DNA of 20,562 nucleotides from Octopus sinensis (taxonomy: Eukaryota), in NCBI RefSeq assembly GCF_006345805.1, contig NW_021823873.1:1-20562 (forward strand). The letters are read 5' to 3'. Under the pieces are notes generated by a model, which was not told the DNA's origin, searched no databases, and saw nothing but the letters and a program-made list of their open reading frames with translations. Position 1 is the first letter of the stretch. Every line of letters starts with the position of its first letter. Positions 1 through 12,149 of the stretch are shown one piece after another. Both the position numbers and the translations under genes were made by a program.

Positions 1-439
1 GTGAGAGAGAGAGAGAGAGGGGAAGCAATACATGTAGGAGTCAGCGAACAAGAAAATTTTGAGAAAGAGGGTTTGAAGATAGGAGCTTAAGGAGAATGAA
101 ACGAACCCAATCACGAAAATAAGCCCAAATATATATACACATGTATATATGTGTGTATATATAAAGAGAAAATTGAATCTAAGTGAACCGTTTCCTTTAG
201 TGCTAGTGTAAAAATCCATCCTTGTATTGAATCGGAGACTGGAATGGGGAGGAGAGACGGCGAATCGAAACTCAAGTAAGCCAATCTGAATCAATATCGC
301 CAGTTAGGTTTTAAAATCGATCTCTGGTAACGAACTTAATATTGGTGGGTGGAGTGGAGTATTATTAAGAAAAAAATATATAAATTGAAGTCGTATGAAA
401 AAAAAAGGGGCAGTACAGTAAACATTAACGGAAAGACAA

Positions 440-880
440 TAATGAGTGTGTGTTTTCGTGTGTGTATGTGTGCTGTTGTTGTGTGTGTGTGAGTTTTCGC
501 ATGTTTTTTTATGTGTGCATACATGCGCTTACAAACATGTTTATACACGCCCGCCCGTATATATATATATATACACATATGTATAAGTTGATATATGTAT
601 CCTTGTTTAGAAATGTAATTATGTTAATATTTAATGTGCATATACTTGTACGAGCGAGATTTGTACGCGCAAGTATATATGTGTGTGCGTGCGCGAATTT
701 ACGGATAAGCTTGTATGTGTATTGATATATATATATGTGTGCACACATGCAAATACGCACACACATGCATGCATACAAGGATACAAGCATACACAAACAT
801 ATACCTATTTATATATGTATCTATATATATCATCTATCTATCTGTCTGACTGTCTGTCTATCTATCTATCTATCTATCTA

Positions 881-928
<48 letters not shown>

Positions 929-1145
929 CATACATATAATACATATATATATATATATATAACATATCCATGCATATCTATACCTACATTTATATCAATC
1001 TATCTATATATATATCTCTATATATATCTATCTATATCTACATTTATATTTATCTCTCTATCTATCTGCCTATCTATCTACATATACACACGCGTGCGCG
1101 CAAACGCACACGCGCAAACGCACACGCGCACACACATATATATCA
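440..1145. repeat. Compound microsatellite region (TG, TA, TCTA, CA)
   Basis: Direct reading; includes (TCTA)n at about 835-880 and (TA)n at about 885-960. Confidence 0.95.
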
Positions 1146-1224
1146 CTCTGATCATAAATGCCGTTATATATTTACCATACATGAACAAAAAGTCGGTCTT
1201 TCATGAATCTCAACGTATATGATC

Positions 1225-1300
1225 TTATGGACGATATGCATTTAACAGGGTGATATGCTTTTATGGACAATATGCATTTAACAGGAAGATATGCTTTTAT
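1225..1300. repeat. 36-bp tandem duplication
   Basis: ttatggacgatatgcatttaacagggtgatatgctt (1225-1260) and ttatggacaatatgcatttaacaggaagatatgctt (1261-1296), 3 mismatches. Confidence 0.9.
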
Positions 1301-1387
1301 CCACTTGATTCACTTTAGTCATTTATTATAACACTGGAGGAATTGAACTCACCAAATACTTCATAACCGTAAATGCAGTAGTCAATA

Positions 1388-1542
1388 TTACGTTCTGAGT
1401 TCAGACTGCACCGAGGTCGACTTTGCTTTTCATCATTTCGGGGTCGATAAATTAAGTAGCAGTTGCGTACTCGGGTCGATCTAATCGACTGGCCCGCTCC
1501 CTAAAAATTTCGGGCCTTGTGCCTAGAGCAGAAAAGAATATT
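1388..1542 (+). mobile_element. SINE family A, partial
   Basis: acgttctgagttca...gaggtcgactttgcttttcatcatttcggggtcgataaattaagta...aaatttcgggccttgtgcctag matches the 13576-13788 copy. Confidence 0.9.
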
Positions 1543-2692
1543 ACGATCATCTTTGTTTGATTAGCGATGTAAGTTAATATCTTTTATTACAGTTATGTAG
1601 TAACCTGTGTTCCGTCACTATTCCTACAACCGGCAGCGCTCGGAAGGAATTTGCAAATAAAGCTGATAATGTCGCTTGTTGGTGTTCATCTGTGACTTGT
1701 AGAATATAATAGTGTACTTAGGTTTAAATATTTTGCGTGAATTTTGAGGCAACGCCTCATAGCATAGAACAATTATATAACAACATTCATACTAAAAATT
1801 TGTTGGAATTGTCTAAAGGTGTTGCAGCTAGAACAGTTGATGCGCCATAGACATTACTGTGAGACGGGAGAAGGACATGGCACAAAATGGAAACAAACAA
1901 AGTGTGCTGATAGAAAGCAGCCCAGTCAATGACCATAACTGGTAATATTTGTAGAGATGGCATTTGAAAATCGTTAGGATGGAAAGTGCGCCGGAAGCGT
2001 CAAAGACTGAGCAAAAGGAATCGAAAATGGACAAAATTTGAGATTTTATGAAAAATATTGAAATGTTAACAAACACTGAGACATTTAGTATTTCATGTAT
2101 CAGATAATGAAGATTGGACAAAAGCGTTCTACCAATTTCTGAATAAAAATCGGCAGAAGCAGGACTTGCACTCATGCATTGGAAAGATGAATGCCATATA
2201 TCTTGATCAACATATTGCAGAAACTAATTGTGAGCCAAGTATGCGAGAAAGATTTGGTGGTGAAAATTACTGGATAAGACACTATTTCTTTATTTTTATG
2301 GCAGAAACTACTAGGTTAACTCTTCGTGGGCCGGCGGTGTCCCTTGGAACCCCAGAAAATTTTTAAAGTTATGCAACTTCTACATTTTTTATTTAAATAA
2401 TTTTATATCTCATGACTTTTATTGTCAATAGTTTATGTATGCACATAAAAATTTAAGTTTAAAATTTCCAGTCATATGGATGTTATAGCGTAAAATATGC
2501 TCATTAGGGTCCAACTGGACTCCATTGGCCTTCTGTGAAATTATTTTTTTCTGTTCATTTTTCTGATATTCTGATGAACTATAAGTCAATTTTCTTCGTA
2601 TTTGTATTGGTATGAATTGTTTTACTATGATATATTTTGTTCGTTTTGTCTTATTTTATATTTAGTATGTATTGTATGTATATTTAGTATGT

Positions 2693-2913
2693 ATACTCCC
2701 TTTACTCTTTTACTTGTTTCAGTCATTTAACTGCGGCCATGCTGGAGCACCGCCTTTAGTCGAGCAAATTGACCCCAGGACTTAGTCTTTGTAAGTATAG
2801 TACTTATTCTATCGGTTTCTTTTGCCGAACCGCTAAGTTACGGGGACGTAAACACACCACCATCGGTTCTCAAGCGATGTTCGGAGGCCGACCACAGACC
2901 CCCCCCCCCATAT

Positions 2914-2946
<33 letters not shown>

Positions 2947-3042
2947 CGACGGGGTTCTTTCCGTTTCCGTCTACCAAATCCACTCACAAGGCTTTGGTCG
3001 GCCCGGGGCTGTAGTAGAAGACACTTGCCCAAAGTGCCACGC
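2693..3042 (-). mobile_element. SINE family B lacking the tRNA head, nested in the piggyBac-type element
   Basis: Reverse complement matches the 6723-7152 copy (gccttgtgagtggatttggtagacggaaac; internal TA tract; ggcggtgctccagcatggccgcagt; gtaaaagagtaaa tail). Confidence 0.92.
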
Positions 3043-3130
3043 ATTTTATAGTTTATAAAACTATAAAAAAGTGATAAATTTCTTGTTCTGTATCAGACAC
3101 TCACAGATATATACAAGATTAAACAAATAC

Positions 3131-3264
3131 TCTTTTCTAATCTTGCACAAAGCCCGAAATTTAAGCGTTGGGGAGGCCAGTCGATTAAATCGACCCCAGT
3201 ATGCAACTGGTACTTAATTTATCGACCCCGAATGGATGAAAGGTAAAGTCGACCTCACGGAATT
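3131..3264 (-). mobile_element. SINE family A 3' half
   Basis: tggtacttaatttatcgaccccgaatggatgaaaggtaaagtcgacctc is the reverse complement of the family A core. Confidence 0.9.
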
Positions 3265-3847
3265 ATGATTAAACAAATATTGCTTTATGGATAGTGCGGA
3301 AAAGCGCAAAAATAAGAGGACCCCCAATGACCTTTTGTGTCATTCCAACCCTGTCGGCCCACGAAGGGTTAAAACCACTGGTCGTTTTCGGAGAAAATCT
3401 ATGTCAACGAAGATATTTGCACAACTAATTGTTGTATATATGTAACCAAATTTCTGGATGGATTAGTAGGGAAGGCGAAAAATGGATAAAATGAAATGGA
3501 TAAAATAAAGTAAATGGTAAAAGCCTGTTTGTCTGGGAACAGTTTGGGTCACATTCAGTGACGTTTAGTTAATAGAACAACAAAACAGTGACCTTGAGAT
3601 AAGCACTGAATCTGTCGGTGTTCATATTGATATGATAGTTAAGGTGATGCTGAAGATGAAATAAAGTAAATGAATGTGCTGTGGAGAAAAAAACAAACAG
3701 GAGTAACTATACTGGTTCCATCACTGACCATCAACCAAAAACTGGATTCCTAAAATTCATGTACGGAAATACAGCTGATATTTTAATGAAATCATTCGAG
3801 AAATATGGAATTTGTAATACATTCAATAATACAGAGGGTAAGATTCA

Positions 3848-3960
3848 ATGACGATGCTGCTGCTGCTGCTGTTGTTGGTGATGATGATGATGATGATGAT
3901 GCTGATGATAACGACGAGGAAGATGGTGATGGTGGTGGTGAAAATGATGATGATAATGAC

Positions 3961-4010
<50 letters not shown>

Positions 4011-4345
4011 CGATGATGGTATTGGTGACGATGGCGATGCTGACGCTGATGCCTAGAATGATGATAGCGACGAGGAAAGTGGTGATGTTGGTGATGAAAA
4101 TGATGATGACGATGGTGATGACGACAACGAGGGTGATGATGACGACGATGATAATGATAACGGGGAGACCATGGTGGTGGCGTTGGTGTTGGTGTTGGTG
4201 ATGATGATGACCATGGTGGTGGCGTTGGTGTTGGTGTTGGGATGGTGGTGACTTGATGATGATAATGATGATGATGATGATGACTACGACGATAGCGATG
4301 AGGAAGATGATGGTGATGATGATGCTGACAACGATGCTGATGATG
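3848..4345. repeat. Degenerate (GAT/GGT)n trinucleotide array with higher-order duplications
   Basis: Long (GAT)n runs; an identical 32-mer at 4167-4198 and 4209-4240. Confidence 0.95.
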
Positions 4346-4963
4346 AAGCAACCCAGAGTGCAATCTCTAATTACGGACAAGGCTAATAAGATTCTGAATT
4401 GCAATATTCTTCAACCTGATGATTACCAACGTTTGTTCAGTTCTACAGATGATGCACAGATGCGATTTTTCTAAGTTTCTGAGAAGTTTTTGTTTGAAAT
4501 ATTTAACACTTACTCCGTAATTGCAATTTAAAGCCATATTAAATTTCCATCTGAAATCTGAAATTTGTACATCTACATTAAGCTTACGAATTCATTTTCA
4601 GTTTTCGCTATTTAAAATTTTCCTTTTAATAATTATAACCTTTGAATGAATTGGATTACCCAATCAGAAATAAAAATTCACAGCTGAGATACAGTGCTAT
4701 GATGAGCGAGTGCGACTGCGACAAAAGGAGTCGATAAAGTATGATAGACATTGGTGAAACAGCTAGGCTAAATAGCCATAATAGTTACAGAGTGAAATAT
4801 TCAGTGTGAATATCCATGAGAGCTACTCAGTGAAATAGTACGTGTAAATATCCACATGATCAATAGAATGATACACCAAGTGTAAATAACTATATGAATA
4901 AAAGAATGATAGAGCAAGTGCAGATAGACAAAAGGGACACGTACTGATATATCAATTGTAAAA

Positions 4964-5122
4964 GGTGGCGAGCTGGCAGAAACGCTAGCACGCCGGGCGA
5001 AAACCTTAGCGGTATTTCGTCTGCCGCTACGTCCCGAGTTCAATTTCCGCCCAGTTCGACTTTGCCTTTCATCCCCTCGGAGTCGATAAATTAAGTACCA
5101 GTTACACACCGGGGTCGATGTA
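4964..5122 (+). mobile_element. SINE family A, 3'-truncated
   Basis: ggtggcgagctggcagaaacgctagc (A box), gagttcaatttcc (B box), core tttgcctttcatcccctcggagtcgataaattaagtaccag. The core resembles the Nin/Deu SINE domain (recalled, not searched). Confidence 0.92.
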
Positions 5123-5167
5123 CACGCGGACTCATATTGTATATATAGATTGCGAGAAGCTAAGCGT

Positions 5168-5396
5168 GCCGTGGCTCCTTGGGGAAGTGTCTTCTACTAT
5201 AAGCTCGGGCCACTGGAAACTGAAAGAACCCCCAGTCGATGTTGGTGTGTCTATGTCTCTGTAACATAGCGGTTCGGCACAAGAGGCCGATAGGATAAGT
5301 ACTAGGCTTACAAATAATAAGTGATGGGGTCGATTTCTTCGACTAAAGGTAGTGGTCCAGCATGGCCTCAGTCAAATGACTGAACAAGTAAAAGAA
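5168..5396 (+). mobile_element. SINE family B, diverged, with internal deletions
   Basis: gtggctccttggggaagtgtcttctactata...ggaaactgaaagaa...gataagtactaggcttaca...ccagcatggcctcagtcaaatgactgaacaagtaaaag; the internal microsatellite is absent. Confidence 0.85.
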
Positions 5397-5397
5397 C

Positions 5398-5457
5398 ATA
5401 TATATATATATATTAGTATATATGTATATATATATACATGTATATATATATATATAT

Positions 5458-5526
<69 letters not shown>

Positions 5527-6241
5527 TATTGTGTTTATTGTTGTAATTGACTCATTATAGCATCAACTCTTCCAAGGAAAACAATATTCGTGAAGCAGCG
5601 ATCAGGTTTATGTCAGTAACAAATAACCATTAGAAAGAAGAACAGATAAAGACAAAGATTTTCAATGCAAATTCTATTATGGCATGTAAACATGTGTATT
5701 TAAAAATGAAAGGAGCTTTCTCTATTTTAATTTTCTTTATTGTAATTTCTGTACATTTAAGTAAGATAAACATATTCGCCATCGGTATTGACTTCTTTGT
5801 ACACTGATCTGCATACACATGTTTGTATATATGTGAGTTTCTATGTGTGTCTGTGTGTGTTTGTATGTGTGTGTATGTGGGCATTATACACGGATGCACA
5901 TATATACATACACTTGTCTACGTGTGTGTATATGTGTGTATACTCATATATGTGCATACACACTCACATATACACACACACACATATATATACATATATA
6001 TGTAATACATACACACATACCTACAAACGTACATACAAGCATGCATACGTACATGTATGTATGTAGTATAGAATGACACTGACAATAATTTAAATAGTAT
6101 AAAAATTGAAAGCAAAGCCAGTGCAGTAATATAATCAATGACAGCCACAATATATACAACATCTTGAAAGACATGTAATACGAGATATATACATACACCA
6201 GTTTATACATACCAACACACGCCCACACATACAAACATGCA

Positions 6242-6292
<51 letters not shown>

Positions 6293-6435
6293 CTTCAGAT
6301 GTAATGGCATACTCTTCAGTATCAACACACAAATGACCGATGAAATATATACCACATGCAGCGAGTGGAATAGCATTGAAAACATGCAGCTGTACCAAGA
6401 CTGTCGAAAACAACAACAACAACAACAACAATAAC
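5398..6435. repeat. Microsatellite-rich interval: (TA)n+(GA)n 5398-5524, CA/TA 5820-6290, (AAC)n 6408-6432
   Basis: Direct reading. Confidence 0.9.
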
Positions 6436-6480
6436 ACTATCACCAGAACCAGCATGTATGCATGCATGTCGTTAACAACA

Positions 6481-6601
6481 ACATGGTTTCTGGGTTCAGT
6501 TTCACTGAGTGGCACCTTGGGCAAGTGTCTTCTACCATAGCCCCGGTCCGACCAAGGCCTTGTGAGTGGATTCGGTAGACGGAAACTGAAAGAAGTCTGT
6601 C
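6481..6601 (+). mobile_element. SINE family B 5' portion, ending at its internal (TA)n tract
   Basis: catggtttctgggttcagt...ggcaccttgggcaagtgtcttctacc...ggtagacggaaactgaaagaagtctgtc, then (TA)n. Confidence 0.9.
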
Positions 6602-6621
6602 GTATATATATATATAATGTA

Positions 6622-6714
<93 letters not shown>

Positions 6715-6722
6715 GTATATAT

Positions 6723-7152
6723 GGGCGCAGGAGTGGCTGTGTGGTAAGTAGCTTACTTACCAATCAAATGGTTCCGGGATCAGTTCCACAGCGTGACACC
6801 TTGGGCGAGTGTTTTATTCTATCACCCCGTTCCGACCAAAGCCTTGTGAGTGGATTTGATAGACGGAAACTGAAAGAAGCCCGTCATATATATATGTGTG
6901 TGTGTGTTTGTGTATGTCTGTGTGTGTGTTTGTGTGTGGGGGGTGTGTGTATTTGTCCCCCTAACATAGCTTGACAACCGATGCTGTTGTGTTTACGTCG
7001 CGGTAAATTAGCGATTCGGCAGAAGAGAACGATAGAATAAGTACTAGGCTTACAAAGAATAAGTCCTGCGTGTCGATTTGTTCGTCCAAAGGCGTTGCTC
7101 CAGCATGGCCGCAGTCAAATGACTGAAACAAATAAAAGGAAGAATAAAAGAA
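6723..7152 (+). mobile_element. SINE family B, full length
   Basis: gggcgcaggagtggctgtgtgg (A box), ggatcagttcc (B box-like), internal TA/TG tract at about 6887-6950, 3' end catggccgcagtcaaatgactgaaacaaataaaag, followed by (AAT)n. Confidence 0.93.
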
Positions 7153-7199
7153 TGAATAATAATAATAATAATGATAATAATAATAATAATAATATAATA

Positions 7200-7232
<33 letters not shown>
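7153..7232. repeat. (AAT)n microsatellite between two tail-to-tail SINEs
   Basis: Direct reading. Confidence 0.95.
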
Positions 7233-7233
<1 letters not shown>

Positions 7234-7445
7234 TTCTAATATAGGTACATGGCCTGAAATTTGGGGGCAGAGCGGATGTCGAATAGTTGGACCGTAGTGC
7301 CCATTTGGTACTTATTTCATCGACCCCGAAAGGATGAAAGACAAAGTCAATACCAGTGGAATTTTAACCGAATAAAATGCCGCGAGGCACCGGACAAAAT
7401 GCTTAGCGGCATTTTGTCCGGTGTGCTACCGATTTTGCCAATTGA
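7233..7445 (-). mobile_element. SINE family A with a rearranged head
   Basis: ggtacttatttcatcgaccccgaaaggatgaaagacaaagtc (reverse complement of core); the head contains a fold-back insertion (see findings). Confidence 0.88.
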
Positions 7446-7504
7446 ATGCCTTATGAGAAAAAGTAATAATAACATTACTTTGAAGCATTTTTGTTTGACG
7501 CAGC

Positions 7505-7690
7505 AGATTCAGAAGAGTGTTTTAGTCGATTACTTCAACAGAATGTTAAGTTGGTACTTGTTTCATCGGACCTAAAAGGATAAAAGGCAAACTCGACCTT
7601 GGCGGAATTTGAACTCAAAATGAAAAGATAGACGAAATACCACTAAGCATTTCGCCGGGCGTTCTAACGTTTCTGCCAATTCACTTCCTT
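7505..7690 (-). mobile_element. SINE family A
   Basis: ggtacttgtttcatcggacctaaaaggataaaaggcaaactcgaccttggcggaatttgaactc...gttctaacgtttctgccaattcac. Confidence 0.88.
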
Positions 7691-8365
7691 TGCTGCAAAA
7701 GTAATATTGTAAACAACGAACGATTATTCGCAAATTCATTCCTAATATGTCTAGCCACCTCCAGACGCTAAAAAATGCTGGTTGCTCTAATATACGTCAT
7801 AGGAGAAAAACATCTTTCTTCTACAACGTCAGTTTGTTACACAATCGGCTGACTGGCACAGGGAATTCTGTGACACCGATGTTTCGAAATGTTTTGTCAC
7901 TTCAGTCAGAAATACTTAGGACCTTTGACACTAAACTAAGCAAACTTTAGTTATACACGGTGTACACAGTGCAAAAAATGATTCTTTATTGCCTGGCAGA
8001 TATAAGCACAGACCTGCAAATATATTCTTCTCTGAAAGTATAAACAAATTCCAGCGTCGATAACTACACTAAAAATGCCAAAGTTAAATCTAACAAACAA
8101 TTTAAACTATGTTAAAATAAACAACGGCGTTAGGCAGACTAGTGTCGCCAGCAACAGTAACAGCAACGACAATACCAATAAAGCCAATGACACCAGCTAT
8201 AATAGTTTCGTTATGAAAGGCAAAAAAACAAAGCTAAGCAACGGTGTTAACGTTGAATATAGCAACTGCAACAATAATGATGGCAATAGCAAAACTCATA
8301 GACATTTGCATATTTTTCGTGTTAATGTGTCATGGCGTACTCTTCATTTACGTCATTAATAATCC

Positions 8366-8571
8366 CTCTCTACTATAGACACAAAGTAATATGGGGGGAG
8401 TGGACCAGTTGATTACATCAACCCCGGTGTTTCACTGATATTTAGTTTATCGACCCCGAATGGATGAAAAGGCAATGTCGGTATCAGCGGAATTTGAACT
8501 TAGAACGTGCAGACGGACCAAGTGCCGCAAAATATTTCGTCCGGCGTGCCAAAGATTCTGCCAGCTCGCCG
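8366..8571 (-). mobile_element. SINE family A
   Basis: tttatcgaccccgaatggatgaaaaggcaatgtcgg...ggaatttgaacttagaacgt...gattctgccagctcgcc. Confidence 0.9.
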
Positions 8572-9139
8572 ACTTACTTACGGCATAAATAATAAACGCA
8601 CTCGGAAACAAATGCTGGGAAGCATTTCATCCGTTGAATTGCGTTTTGAGTTCAATTACGGGTGAATCAATTTTTATTTTTAAGCTTCGATGTCGATAAA
8701 ATACTGGAGACCAATTAATCGAATAAGCACCTCTGTCTAAAATTCCTATTATTATGTTTCAATAAAAACAATAAGTTCTCACGACCTCAATAATTACGAG
8801 TACAGAACGGAAGCTCTACTTAGATGCAGGACGTGCTAGAAATAGGAACAAATTATACCCTACAGATAAAGTAATTTGGAAAATGGTGTGATTAATAATC
8901 GGTACTGACAAAAAAATTTGGTTAACTCTAACCTCATACAGGATCAAACCTAGGGTTGAACAACAATGTCAATAAAATAATTTCCGAGGAAGCCGGGAAG
9001 AAAATTTCGTATAAAGAGTGAATACTAAAACAAATAATAAAGAATAAAATATACCAACAAAAGGTACATCACCACGTGACCGGCAGCAACAACAACAAGC
9101 AACAATAATAAATAGATCAAAGCAATGAAACACTAAAGC

Positions 9140-9740
<601 letters not shown>

Positions 9741-9759
9741 ACGTTCTCCTTGTTTTACT

Positions 9760-9985
9760 ATTTGGCCTGCAGCCGTGCGGGGTCACCTACTTAAAGGGTT
9801 TCAGACTATAGATCGACTCCTATACTTATTTCTGTGATCTGTCTGTGTAACAAGGCTGGTAATTCGGCAGAGTAGTTTGAGCGTTCTGCAGAATGCCTCA
9901 TATATTCGTTACGGTTTGTGCGCTCTCGGTTCAAATTACGCCGAGGTCAACAGGGCCTTTCATCATTTCGCGGTCGATTAAAAAA
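9760..9985. mobile_element. Two old SINE remnants: family B 3' end (minus, about 9760-9830) and family A (plus, about 9862-9985)
   Basis: ttttactatttggcctgcagccgtgcggggtcacc resembles the reverse complement of the B tail; ggttcaaattacgccgaggtcaacagggcctttcatcatttcgcggtcgat matches the A core. Confidence 0.6.
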
Positions 9986-10035
9986 ATCAAAAAAAAAATC
10001 CTACCAATCATGGCTTCCGGAATTGTTAGAAGGAC

Positions 10036-10200
10036 TGGGAAGGTGCGTAACCCTGCTGTTAGGAACCTGCACTCACGATCGTTTGGCACGGTTTCGATTC
10101 CTGTACCGGACGGTGCGTTGTGTTCTCGATCATTACATTTTATTTCACGTTCTTCCAGTTCATTCAGGCTGAAATGAGAAATCCTACGACGGACCAGTGT
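10036..10200 (+). mobile_element. SINE family C, diverged partial copy
   Basis: ggtttcgattcctgtaccggacggtgcgttgtgttctcgatcattacattttatttcacgttcttccagttcattcaggctgaaatgag aligns by eye to the reverse complement of 12437-12700. Confidence 0.7.
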
Positions 10201-10589
10201 GCCAGAGACCACTTGACCGACCTAATAAATCCATGGGTTCAAGACAAAGCGAAGATGGAAAGCGTATCAACATAACTTATGGCATTTGTTTCGGGAGTTT
10301 GCTTTCTGACGGCAACGTCTGCGATGACACAGGAGACTAAATGTATCGTCTCAAGTCAGCAGCATTTCTTTTGCATAAATAATAATACTGTGCAGGATGA
10401 AGGCATGCATGCATGCTCAGTCTCCAGTCTTCCTTAAAATACCGTTCCCAAGAATCCATCTGTGTGATCACTGCCAGTCTAGACCAAATGTAAACCTTTA
10501 ATTGTCACACCGATAATTTACGGGATATAAATAATCACTGTTTGTTTATGAGCGATGATAACAAAATGACAGAGAGTCAGAAAGAAACA

Positions 10590-10967
<378 letters not shown>

Positions 10968-11121
10968 AATAAATGAAAGAATGGAGTTGAACGACGAATT
11001 AACAAAATTCCTTTATTTTCGACATATGTTTCGAAGGCTGCATATTCCTAATTTCGAAGGAATAAGGGATATATATGTATACACACACTCAAACACGCAC
11101 ACACAGATATATATATATATA

Positions 11122-11955
11122 TTGGATCATCCCATAAATTATGCAGATTTTTTCAATTGCATGAACTAAAAGTCGGAGGGAGACGGAATAAATTACCTGC
11201 ATCAACTTACTATAAAAGTGCAAATTTCGAAGACTGCAATACATTTTAACAGTTAATGTTTTCAAATCTATAAAGAAGTGACAAAGGAGCATATTCGGCA
11301 TATTTTGCTTTATGAGTTCAATATAGGCGACAATGCAATGGAAAGTGTGAGGAATGTTAATGCAGTATATAGGGATCGGATAATAAGCGTAAGCCAATGT
11401 CAACGGTGGTTCCAGAGATTCTTAGCTGGAAACTACAACCTAGAAGACGAACCTCTTTGAACCGCTTTGGACTTTTAAACCCAAACCAAACGATGACAAG
11501 AGATCTATTGCGAGCAGCTTGAGCAGCTAAAGTCAGTGCCAGAAGGAAAGCAGACATCTTTGGTTTCAAGACGAAAGGTGTTCTATCAGGATAAAGCTCG
11601 GTCACGTACAGCGAGGATGACATTTCAAAGGCTGGAGCAGTTTGAATGGGAAACGATGCCCTACCTATCATATGCACCGGATACTGCGCCATCTGATTAT
11701 CATTTATTCCGCAATCTTCAAAATCATTTGAACGGAAAGAATATGAATTCTGTAGACGGGTTCAGAACAGTACTTAAGAACTTTTCGTCACAGAGAAGTG
11801 AATTACGGAAGAGTGGGCTTGCAAGTCTACAAGATTGATGGAAGAATATTGTAGAAAATGAAGGAGAGTATATTTTAGATTAAAAAAGAACTTTGTTTAC
11901 CTTAATTTTGAAAATTAAAACTATAAAAAACCGCATTATTTATGGAATGACGCAG
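11122..11955 (+). mobile_element. Internally deleted mariner DNA transposon
   Basis: Imperfect TIRs (ttggatcatcccataaattatgc at 11122; reverse complement of the right end ctgcgtcattccataaataatgc, ending 11955), each flanked by TA. Remnants: EVTKEHIRHILLYEF...CQRWFQRF...LEDEP, then a deletion at about 11455, then QDKARSRTA...YAPDTAPSDYHLFRNLQNHLNG (YSPDLAPSD motif). WVPHEL and the first catalytic D are missing. Length 834 bp versus about 1.3 kb for a typical mariner. Confidence 0.9.
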
Positions 11956-12149
11956 TATATAGATAAAACACAAACATATATTCTCACTCCAGTTTTACAG
12001 AGGAGACGTTATTTGGCCCGAGGCTATAGAAGATACACAAAATTGCATGTGCGCTACCATTTTAGAGTGTTCACTAAAGAATGGAATAATAGGAAAAGAT
12101 AGACACATCATATACGTCAGTTATATATATATGATATATTACTGGTAAC

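Larger units (their letters stand above)
2320..3368. mobile_element. piggyBac-type non-autonomous element (MITE) with two nested SINE fragments
   Basis: TTAA at 2316-2319 and 3369-3372. Left end ctcttcgtgggccggcgg versus reverse complement of the right end cccttcgtgggccgacag (15/18 identical, 13 of the first 14). Subterminal ggtcc...ggacc-like motifs near 2337-2356 and 2505-2522. No transposase inside. Confidence 0.75.

Noticed and set aside
2150-2260. hAT dimerisation-domain resemblance (AGLALMH...AKYARK)
   Set aside because: Only a few residues match, and the expected upstream ERSFS motif is absent.
3805-4474. Poly-Asp, poly-His, poly-Met and poly-Ile ORFs
   Set aside because: All six frames of one (GAT)n array; no frame is favoured by non-repeat flanks.
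8075-8359. Asn/Ser-rich 94-aa ORF
   Set aside because: Derived from degenerate (AAC/AGC)n repeats running into a SINE tail.
11011-11070. Minimal hammerhead ribozyme on the minus strand (GAAAC-AUAU-GUC with palindromic loop)
   Set aside because: The 3' half fits, but no CUGANGA and no 5' strand of stem II are present upstream; at most a broken remnant.
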